From: Nageia nagi
Taxonomy: Eukaryota > Plantae > Pinophyta
DNA: 64,000 nucleotides
Direction of reading: 5' to 3'
Assembly: GCA_050084985.1 (NCBI GenBank)
Contig: JBITNC010000001.1
Span: 124,372,001 to 124,436,000 of the forward strand
Notes under the pieces: model-generated
The model's database searches: none
Seen by the model: the letters and a program-made list of their open reading frames with translations, nothing else
What the model was told of the DNA's origin: nothing
Position numbers and translations under genes: made by a program
Part shown: positions 53,320 to 64,000 of the stretch, piece after piece
How positions within the stretch are numbered: position 1 is the first letter of the stretch
How the letters are laid out: every line of letters begins with the position of its first letter

Positions 53320-54048
53320 CTAGATGTTATGATTTTTTTAATAAGCATAAATATCAAGGATTTTGAAGGACCCCTAAGCATGCCAATATGAGCTTTGCTA
53401 GGATTTCAAAACCTACCACATAAACATTTCTAAAATAAAACCAATGGTACTTAGTCATAACCTAGAAGTAGCAAAACATATAGCTTATATAGATAAGACT
53501 CATAATTTAGAAAGCAACTAATTATCATAAAATAGTAGAAGTTGAATTGAAGTCAAAATAATATACTCTATCCTTCCAAAGAATAATCATGTTTCTACCA
53601 CATGTTCAATCGTATAATATTCCATTAGAACATTCCTCAATATTTTGTTCCTATTTTTTCTAAATATATTAGCAACCTTCATAAATGAGATACCAAGCAT
53701 TGAAACCTTATGTACTAAATAAGTATCGCTATCATTCATCAATATAGATTTAATGTTCCAATAATACATTCAATATATATTGAGTGCAAAAGGATTCTTC
53801 TTCTCTATTTCAGGTCTGAGTATTATTTTTCATTCTGAAAGTTATAGTTCATTCAAACATCATAGAAAAATACCTTAAATTGAATAACATATTCTAGGTG
53901 AGAAAAATATCTTCTTACCACTCCGATCAAGGTTCCAAATGTTATCTTGGGTGACATTATAGTTTCTAAATTTGAAGAAATATAGTCATCACCTATTAGA
54001 ATTCTCTCATAGAAAAATATCCCTAATCAATGAAGTCTCAAAATGCAC

Positions 54049-55233
54049 TAATAAGTTGTTGAATTAACTTGTAATAATGGTGTTACTAACCTTTATTTTA
54101 CAATGAAAGCTAATTTTCTATCACTTTAATTATCAGCTTAGGAAACAATTTAAATAGAACATTACTCTATATTAGCCATCATATAGCTTGGAGTTTTATG
54201 GAGTAATTCTAATCTTACAAGAATTGGAATGATTATGAGAGAAAAAAATGAATTGAAATACTTAATCAAAAACTCCTATAGTTGGCTCTACCTTAATTAT
54301 CAACCATAGTGAAAATAAAATAAACATAGCATACTCTACAACCTTTACTTATATTATCTCCTATTTTTACCACTACTGGAGAAATTCTTGAAGATGTTGA
54401 CCATCCCTAGTAGCCCCTACTAAGTTACGAGTCAATAGTTCAAGCTTTTACCTTTAACTTATCTACTTCAGTAGATAAACATTTAATTCATACATATATA
54501 TAATAGAAATGGGAGGGAATCATATATTTGTTTTTGAATCAAGTATATAATTTCATTAATGTTGCCAAAGTCTACAACCTATGACTTATAAGATGGTATG
54601 TCTAACTGCTTACAACTTAGTGCTTCTACTTGCATCAATAATACTAACCACTTAAGATATAAAAAATCCTTCTTAATTTTCCTGGATTGAGGAATACTCT
54701 AACTATTTCTATAAATAAAAATTACTATTATAATTTTTCTATTACAACAGTCCCTAAATCATAGAAATTTGTCCCCTTATGGAGTGGGTAATTTAAAGAG
54801 CATGTTTAAAGAGTTTCCAATTGAGCCATGATCTCCAATGGCCCATAATCCTTTCTTGATTACAACTTATACCCTTCTTAAATGAGAGTTCATTTATTAT
54901 ATTTTCTCTAACTTGGTACCTCTAAGAGTAGGGTTTTACCATCTTTTTGTAGTTATTTCTATAGTCATTTCTACAACTATCTAATGAGTTTACCAAACTC
55001 CACATGTAATGCACCAACAGATCCAACATACCTAGAATATATGCATTTGATAATATCGCACATCAATAGAACCAAATATTATTCAAATTCATTTATTATT
55101 CACATAAATCATAAGCATAAAAAAACATTACTAGATATGTTATCCATAACATCAAAATAGGTTTATGAATAAGTTTGGAGATTTAACTTAAGAAACATAT
55201 CATAGTATAAGTATTAAAATACAATACCTATCA
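54049..55233 (-). repeat. 3' LTR of Athila-like element (right boundary inferred)
   Basis: Left part matches 63895 onward; ends ...CCTATCA followed by TCTCCCCT (PPT reverse complement). Confidence 0.6.
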
Positions 55234-55269
55234 TCTCCCCTAATTGAAGTGTTTGCATATACTCATGTG

Positions 55270-57340
55270 ACTCTATACCCCCATGAGCTAATGTTTATTT
55301 CTTGATCTAATTTTTCTTTTCACTTTCTTAACTACAACCTTGATAGTTGGTGAAGAAAAAATAACTACTGATGGTGAATCCTTAGTTAGCTTCCTCCTAA
55401 CTAATTTGAATTATTCATATTCTTCCTTCTCTTCTCCTTGGTCACTTTGTTTGGCTACCTCTAATCCTTCTTCTCCCTCTGCTCTTGATTTTGCTTCTAC
55501 CCTCACTTTGGCTAAAAACTCCTTTTCCCACTACTTCTTCAACTTCTCCAATTCATCTAAAGAAATTATTCATGGGGGTGTCTCTTTTTTCCTTGTTTTT
55601 ATTTCTTGGGATTTTCTTTGTTACCTTTGCTAGTTCACCTATGTTAATAGGGTGTTGCTTCATAGGTAACTCTTTTACAGGGTTATCCTCAAACTTAGGT
55701 GGAAATTCATCAACTAAATCCTTTAAGGATTTACCTCTTTTGGAAGATAGGCTATTCTTGAGGGTTCTCTATGAGGTGGCCTCCTCCATGTTGTCCCTTT
55801 GCTTATCTACTCTCTCCAGTGATGGATTTTCCTCCTCACTATCCTTAGAGTATCTAAGAGATGTTGGGTTGAATGACCTCAATGTTTATGCCATATCCAT
55901 ATCCTGTAATCTCTTTTCTACATTCGTTATCTTCTTTTAAAACCCATTTTTTAACTAGTCTTCTTCCTTGGACTATTTCTTTTCTGATATTATCACCTTA
56001 TTTTTTATTTCTCTCTTTACTTTCTTAATTTCCTTCTATCATTTGATGGATATCTCAACCAATACCTTGCAAAATTATTCCTTCAAATTGCTCAAATTCT
56101 TAATGAACTTATCTAATTCAAATACTTCTTTTTCTTCTCCCTTTAAAACATACATCTTTTTCTTGGAGGGAGGTGATCCTTGCCTTTTTTTTTTACCTTT
56201 AAGGTCAACCTTCTTCCTTTTAACTATCTTTTGAGTTTATTTCTTCATTTCTTCTTATTCTTTCTTTAGAATGGGGATTTTTTGAGTAATGGTTTGTTTT
56301 CCCACAAGGGTCTTTGCATGGACCTTCGATACGGATCCTACCTCTTTGTTTGAAGATAATGAGGTAGATCCCTTTTTTCTTAGTTTTAGACATTAGTTAT
56401 ACTAGTTCATCCTCATCTTTCTTAGTATCATTCAATGAAAAGATTCATTCATATCAAAGTATGGAATGTTCAAAGTATACTATGGATTTGGAGGGAATTT
56501 AAAAGTGAAACAAAAAGTTAATATGGAATGCACTATATAGTGACAACCTACCTTTCATTGTGAATTCACTGACCATAGTTTCCACGAAATCCTTCCATGG
56601 TTGTGGGATGAAATCTTTCTCAATTCATTTTATGGAGCCATTAAAATCCTTCTTGTATGTGGACCTAATCTTGAGCTTCTTTACTAATTATTACACTAGT
56701 TTGATTGGAATATTATACCATTTATGATCCTTATCTAGTAGATTTATCACCTTTGCAATGGTTTTTATAGATACTAAGACTTCAACACTATGTGCTAGAC
56801 AAGCCATGATGGTTTTGAGATTGATATTATCCATAAAATCCATGGCTGCTATCATGTTATGTTTCTAAAACCTTTTGAAATCATGAAACCATAATGGTTA
56901 ATTTACTATCTCCTTTTCCTTCGAAAGAGAAAAATATTTGATCTTAATGGTATCAATGTGCTTCACTGATCTGATCATGGTGTAAGCCCTTAATGTATTA
57001 CTATACAATGTCTAAATATTGTATAGTTAATTATTATTTGAAACCCCATTGAACTAATGTGATATTCCCTTATTTATGTGAAATCCCTTTCTTAACTATT
57101 CATGATGGTGATAGCTATCAATTGACAAGTGCATTCATTAATATTTCCACTCCCACATGTTAACTCCCTTGATTTAACTATCTTGAGATTGGATTACCAT
57201 TCTCAACTTTCCAACTTATCACATGCATTTTTTAAAGTTTGTTGTTGATGTCACTTACATGGTGAAATTTACATAATCTAAATTATTTTCTTCTTATCAT
57301 AATTTGACTTGGAAATTGAGTGGATTCTCATGCACTTTGA
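55270..57340 (-). pseudogene. Extra (env-position) ORF of the Athila-like element, with a K/E-rich C-terminal half
   Basis: Purine-rich, K/E-rich minus-strand frame broken by stops; the long S/F/L-rich plus-strand ORFs are its antisense shadow; boundaries approximate. Confidence 0.6.
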
Positions 57341-58149
57341 ATCATGATGATACCTATGATGTCACATCATGTTATTTCTCACTACTTTACCACTATGCTT
57401 TCATTCTATGACCATTTTACCTATGTATCATATGTGTGCCATTTCACCTCATGCTAGGCACATCATGTTGGTAAGATGGTCTATCGATTGATTTTTCAAC
57501 TCATTCCATGTCATCTCCCATTTTCCTCCTTACAATGTATACTCACTTATGTACAGGGTAAGGCTACAAAAATTGTATCCAACTACATTAGTTGTAGAAA
57601 CTATAGATATTGTATAGATACTTTGCACAAAATATTGGAAGTAGACTTTCCCCTCAACTAAAGGTAATACATATCTTCATGGATAAAGAGAGTAGGAGAA
57701 AATTGTTGCTATGTATTGTAATGAGATATGTTATTTTATACTTAACTATTATGAAGAAATAGAAGAATGAGTATGCTACCCAAGAGTGGATAGGTATGTT
57801 GGAGTGCACTATAAATGTGGATCAGAATTGGTATTTTTTTCATCCACATCTCCAAGAAATTCTACACAAAAAAATAATTATTAGAAAGACAAGGGGTGTT
57901 TTGCTTAGATTAGCAAGCTGATCTATCATAATGCTAGTTTATTTTATATATACATTTTTTATGTGATGCAAGATTGCATTATACTAAATATCCTACTACA
58001 TAAAAACATCTTGAGTGTGTATAATTTTGGATCCTTAGTTTTGCATATAAAGGGAAACCTCATACATATGGGCATCATTGACGAATTCAATATCCCTTTG
58101 ACTCTACATTGTTCTAATAAAATCATCCTTGGTGAGAGGCTTTCTATAA

Positions 58150-61100
58150 AACTTTAAACTATGCCCATTCACTAGTAACCCATGGTCTACTCCATCTAAT
58201 ATTATCTTTAATTTTACTAATCCATTTTCAAAGATCTACTTTAGCTTATATGGCTCAAGCCATGTTATCTTGAGCTTACCCTTGAAGTCCTAAAATTTTG
58301 AATCAAAGAGTAATACATAGTAACCTAATTAGAAAGTATTTATCATAATGTGCTTTCCATGCTATATTTTTCTTTGTTGTTTCACTACTTTTATTCTTTA
58401 TAGAGCATCCTTTCAAATTTCATCCAAACCATTTAATTGTATAAGTATCTCCTTTTATGTCGTTCTGAGATCCATTCCTACTTGAAGTGTAGTTTTTAGT
58501 GCTTGTATCTCAAAGTATATTTACATTAATGTTATTTTACCATAGACCATATCATATTACAGAAGGCATGTAATGGACTTCCAAGTTGTGTTGTAAGTCC
58601 ATACTACCTCCTTTAGCCTAATTGATCAGTCAAATCTATGTGAGGCAACAATATTTGCTAATATATTTTCTAATTCCCTATTAGTCACCTCCACATGGCC
58701 ATTTGATTGAGTATGGTATGGTGATGATTTTGTATATTTGATTTGGTATTTGTTAACAAATTTTGATATGATATTAGACATGAAATGGGTTCCTAAATCA
58801 AAGAAAGATTTTTTTGGATCTCCAAAATGCCACAAAATATTATCATATAGAAAATTGGATACATATTATTTTATGGTAGCATGTAATGGTTGTATCTTTT
58901 TCTATTTTTTTCACTTAATCTGTATATACCAAGATGTAGTGGTGCATGTTAGTGGATTAATCAAACCAACGAAATTTATTTCCCATTTTTCAAATGTTTT
59001 TAAAGCAATCTAGGGGTGTAAGGAAATTTTTGTAGAAGGTGTAGGTCTAGCCATTCTTTGACACTGGTCACACTTGTAAACATGTATCCTTATAAATTAT
59101 TGGTCAAAAGTAGCCTATTTTTAGGATTTTGAGAACTATTAATTTAAATACATTATGCCCACTATATGGTTCATCATGAGCTACTCTCATGATGTCAAAT
59201 CTATCTAACTCCTCCACATCTTTGTATGATATGGTCATGGTAGTATCTAAATAGCATTCAATCTATCTAGATATATGGAGCACTTTCATGGAAATGTTTC
59301 TTCCTTTCATATGTGGACAAGTGTGATGGTATCTTCCCTATACCTTTGTAATTTGTAATATCCACATACAAAAGTAAATGTAGTGATACTGCAAAAAGAT
59401 GTTGATCTAGGAATGAGTCTTGCACAAACTCTGGAAGATTATCTAAAATATGTATAGAAAAATTATTATATTTTCTTTTCCCAACTTCTCAAGAATTATT
59501 ACATCAAATTATTGTAAGAGGATAATCCATCTAATTAGCCTTCTAATCATGATAACATTATTCATTAAGTACTTAATTGTAGAGTGGTCAATATGGATAA
59601 ATACCTTGTATCTAAGAATGTAATATCTAAACTTTTTATTGCATTGATTATAGCAAGGAATTCCTTCTCTATGACTATGTAGTTCAATTCTACTCCATCA
59701 AGATTCTTGCTAATATAGTACATAGCATAAGGGTTCTTATTCTCCTCTTATGTTAATATTTCTCCTATTACCTTATCGGATGCATCTGTGTAGATATGGA
59801 AGGGAATTAACCAATTTGGAACCCTTAGAATGGGGATAGAGATGGTATTTGATTTGAATTGACCAAAGGAGTCCAAATTGGAGCTAAAAATTTGTTGAAT
59901 TCTTTAATGAACATTTTGTAGTATCCTACATGGCCAAGGAAGCTTCAAATATTTATTTGACTCTTAGGTTTGGATAATGCATTTATAACCTCTATTTGGT
60001 CAGGTCAATCTTTATACCATCGATTGAGAGATAATTTACCAACACTAATAATTTAGTCATAATCATATAGTAATTTTTGTGACTTAAAGAAAGGTTTTGT
60101 GACTAAAATATCTCTAGTACTTATTTGACTTTTGCTAAATTTTCCTCAAAAGTGTTTACATATACTATGAAGTCATCCATATAGATATCTAGGTATTCAT
60201 GGTTTAAATCAGCAAAAATATCAATCATATCCCTTTGAAATGTGGCAATAGCATTCTAGTGTGCAAAAGGTAATACCTTATATGCAAATATCCCCCATGG
60301 GCATGTGAATGTAGTCTTTTCTAGGTATTCTTATGAAATCCTAACTTGATTATAGCCATTAAAACCATCAAGGAAGCAAAAATATTTTTTCCTACCAAAG
60401 TGTCTAACACTTGACCTGACTGGAAATGGGAAGTGTTCCTTCTTAGTTATCTTATTCAATTCTCTATAATCCAAATAGATTCTCTATTTATCATTATTCT
60501 TTGGAACTATTAAAAATGGATATACCCATTGGTTGTGAGAGATGGGGAAGATAAAACCTATAGTTAATACCTTTTAAATTTCTTCAAAGACAACATCATT
60601 CATAGCCAAGCCTTCTTGGTGGTTGCTTCACAAGTGAAGATCCTTCCTTAATGTATATCTTATGTGTACAACTTATGGAATAAATCCCTTGCATCTCAAT
60701 ATATTCCTATGCAAAAACTTATTGGTGTTTCTTTACTATATTGATCAACTTTGATTCCTATTATGGTTGCATATGTGAATTGATTTTAAAGTATTTATAT
60801 ATTGCAATATCTATCTATTTATAATTTTATAGGGTTTCCATATCAGCTATTCCCTTAGAATTTTTGTTGAGAGGAAATCTATGGGGAAACATTTGATGGA
60901 TGAGGGTGATATCTTGTGAATCTGATGTTGATCCTGCATCTAGTATGCATTATGGCATGTAAGATGTATTAACACATTCCTATTTCTTATAATTTGGGTA
61001 TGAAACTAATACCCAATATTCAACAAATTTATTTTTTTAATTCTTATGCTCCAAAGCAATTATCATTGCTAAGGAATGGATTCTTCCCTCTTCATTAGGT

Positions 61101-63400
61101 CCATCCACCCATATAGTATCTACATTATTTAGTGTTGCATGTGGGTAGAGTGCAAGTGTTTTAGTATGAAAACCATAAGAGATTATCATACTACAATTCC
61201 TATAATTAATGAATGAATATTCAATTGCCAATCATGATTAGCCTAAGATCAATGAGTTACCACCCAATGGTATCTTGGTCTCCATAACCAAAAAATCAAT
61301 TGGATATTCCCAATATGAGATAGTTACCATGACATTATTTATAACCCCCTCAGGTTTGATAGTGGACCTGTGTTCCAATTGCAAAAGTGTAGGTGTTGCT
61401 ATTATATTTTTTAGGAATAATCTACTCATTATTAATTTTGTAAACATGTATTGTTACACCTAAATCTATAAGTATATTATGTAGTTTAGTCTATCTGATG
61501 TGTACATTGAGAAAAGGTATCCTTGGATATGTATACTTTGGTATAGTGCCAGTCATAAGCTTGGAGAGTTGTCCTATTAACTGAATAGTTTTAGGGTCTT
61601 TTATTTTTCATTCAATTTTTTAATGCAAATATCTCTAATACCCTTAGCATATATTGGAACATTCTTGATTTCTTAAGGCATGGGATTCATACATTGATAT
61701 TCCTAAGCTCAAATATTATATTAAATGCAAGTTTAGGAGCTTCCTTTGGTGGGATATCAAACCTATGGGGGTAGGGAAGATCTAAAGGGTGTGCCTTTTC
61801 TTATGATTAGGCTTGTATTTTTTGTTGAAGTAATTCTAGCATTTCTACAAGAATTTTTTCAATTGTAAGGAATACATATTTATCTAGGTTAGAGGTTTGT
61901 GTCTTCAGTGGGATATCATCTTCTGCATCTATAATGACAAGAGAAATAGGTCTAGGTAATATCTTCCTAATATTAAGACAAATTTCATGACAAGGTAGTA
62001 TGCTAATAAAATATATCCCTTTAGCTTCATATACATGTTGTTATATAGGTCAGTTATTTGGATTATATATTTTTTGTGTAGGTAAAGGAAAATATTTTAA
62101 TGAGGGATTATTATTTCAATCTGGTGGAGATGGTAAAAAATATTAATATGGCTATGGATGTGGAGCTTTGACCTATGATATATTGGGTGTGAATGGTGGT
62201 TATTGCTAAGGTTGAGATGGCTCCAGCTACCACTTATTGGATGGCCATGGTTAGGATTGTTGGCTCTTCTAGTTTTGTTAAGGTCAAGATTGGGATTTCC
62301 AATCTGGTTAAGGCCATTGGGAGACTTTTTACCATAAGATATATTGAAAGGATCATATCCATAGAACATACCTAGTTGATAGATACCCTAATTAAAATTT
62401 TTATAAGGCCTCCTTTGTGAAATGAAGTATAGGTATTCTATATCACCAACCTCTGGTTGTTTCAATGCTAACTTTGCTGCAAAAAGATGCTTATAGAGAT
62501 CTATAGGATGGCTCTTCTCATATATATTACATATGGTTATCTTTTCCATGGGGCATTCATGGAGAGCATGTCTCTTCTTACCTCTTGAATAGTATACTGA
62601 TTCAATATTATTTTTAGTATTCTTCTACAACATGTCCATAGAGGTGGCAATGTGCCTAATAGTCCAGTCTTTATGTTCTCTAATATGTTACTTAGTTTAA
62701 TTATAGTGACTCCAAGTGTGGAGCCTCCAACAACCCTTGTATTTCATATGGAAGGCCTTATACTTAAATAGTTGATACATTGACCTATAATATCTCTAAT
62801 AGAGAGCAGAGAAATATTTCTTCCTACCATGATATTGAGGGTGTTCATGGAATCATCTTTGAGACCTTTTAAAAATACTAATCTTATCACATCCTCAAAA
62901 AGAACTAAGTCTTCTATTTGCTTCATAAATATGAATATTTCAATGTAACCCTCTAGTGATTCCTCTTCCTTTTGAGAAATCCTAAAAACTTCTCCCTTTC
63001 TATCTCTATCCTTACAATAATCTTGGTATTTGTTCAGGAAAACTATCTTCATCCAACTATGTGTAGCACCTCCGTAACTAGTGATTTAATTTTCAGCAAA
63101 ACTCATAAATTAGTGTATAACTACATCCTTCAATGTATATGGATTTGAGCTTATATTCATCATTCATATAGTCATAAGTTTGACACAATATTTAAAACTC
63201 AAAAAAGAATTCATCATGATATTTTATAGAATTCATCAAGATATTTTATAGAATTCATCATGATCTTTTGTATATGGAGAGATATTCTTTATGGGAGTAT
63301 TGTTAGCCCCTTTAACTAGGAACTGAATAGGATACCTAAATGTATGAGGGGCTTGATCTTCACCATGTCAATTGTCCTCCTAGAATTATCCTCTTGGATT
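58150..63400 (-). pseudogene. gag-pol of Athila-like element
   Basis: gag (FLNKYQDYC...ISQKEEESLEGYIE); PR (LQLEHRSTIKPEGVI...WEYPIDFLV...LILG); RT (FLDGFNGYNQV, YMDDF ~60180); RH (FHIYTDAS); INT (GTHF...SPYHTQSNGHVEVTNRELE). Confidence 0.9.
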
Positions 63401-63894
63401 GCATATTTTGATGGTGAGTGACATCTTTATGATGGCTAATTTGGCTCATTATTTGGGTTTATTGAAACAAATTGAATGTACTATTATTGAATCCTCAATG
63501 GTGAATATAATTATTGTACATCCACATCAATAAATTGTCCACCTTTTAAAAATTGTTCCACTTCAAAATATTCTTCTAACTATATTCTAATATATTTTTC
63601 TTATTTTTAGGATGTTTTGATATAATGATCAAGGTTATCTCTTAATCTACTTATTCATCATCTTAATAACAACTAAGAACTACTAAAATTTCTTGAAAAA
63701 AAAAGAAATAATTTATAGTAAGGGAAATTCTACTTAGAACCTGATCTTTGAATTCCTTAATTCTTCTTGAGAGCTAACTAACTATTGCATTACCCAAGCA
63801 ACCCTTACGATCATTTCAACTATGAGGAATCTTTAGTGCCTTCCTAAGTTCAAAAATATTTCCACTATCATCCTTGAAAATGATTCCAAAAAAG

Positions 63895-64000
63895 TGATGA
63901 TTATTGAATAACTTTTAACTATGGTATTACTTATCTTACTTTCTCAAAGAAAGTTAATTTTCTATCACTTTAATTATCAACCTAGGGAACGATTTCAAAG
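63895..64000 (-). repeat. Inner end of the 5' LTR of the Athila-like element
   Basis: Starts TGATGA and matches 54049 onward; preceded by TCCTTGAAAATGATTCCAAA, possibly a decayed reverse complement of the tRNA-Asp PBS TGGCGCCGTTGCCGGGGA. Confidence 0.7.

Larger units (their letters stand above)
54049..64000 (-). mobile_element. Decayed Ty3/gypsy Athila-like element; 5' LTR runs beyond the window
   Basis: 54049-54155 matches 63895-64000 (TAATTTTCTATCACTTTAATTATCA); gag-PR-RT-RH-INT on the minus strand; extra ORF between INT and the 3' LTR. Confidence 0.85.

Noticed and set aside
53330-54048. Minus-strand ORF remnant (53587-53769) left of the Athila LTR
   Set aside because: No recognisable domain; probably a fragment of another TE but unassignable
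55340-56234. Plus-strand S/F/L-rich ORFs of 88-151 aa resembling membrane proteins
   Set aside because: Antisense of the K/E-rich retroelement ORF

Overview
Very AT-rich (by eye roughly 27-30% GC) and strongly CpG-depleted seed-plant nuclear DNA, most likely gymnosperm given the TE families present (inference). No intact protein-coding gene is evident. The window is a nested collection of decayed transposons. These include a full-length Ty3/gypsy Tat-lineage element with an extra archaeal-type RNase H (2904-11340, TSD CTTCT), several solo LTRs and a minus-strand non-autonomous LTR element with a tRNA-iMet PBS (22958-30424). There are also CACTA transposase and terminus remnants, a ~1 kb degenerate TTTAGGG array, an L1 ORF1 remnant, a two-ORF LINE with a (TTCAAA)n tail, and an Athila-like element with an extra 3' ORF that runs off the right edge. 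Two CpG-rich islands carry host-gene sequence. The first is a chimeric pseudogene joining a CCHC/MYBS3-KUA1-type MYB 5' end to a cationic amino acid transporter fragment and to unidentified exons (19732-20690). The second is an intronless L-type lectin receptor kinase pseudogene (44791-46776, minus). All identifications come from hand translation and motif recognition; no database searches were run.
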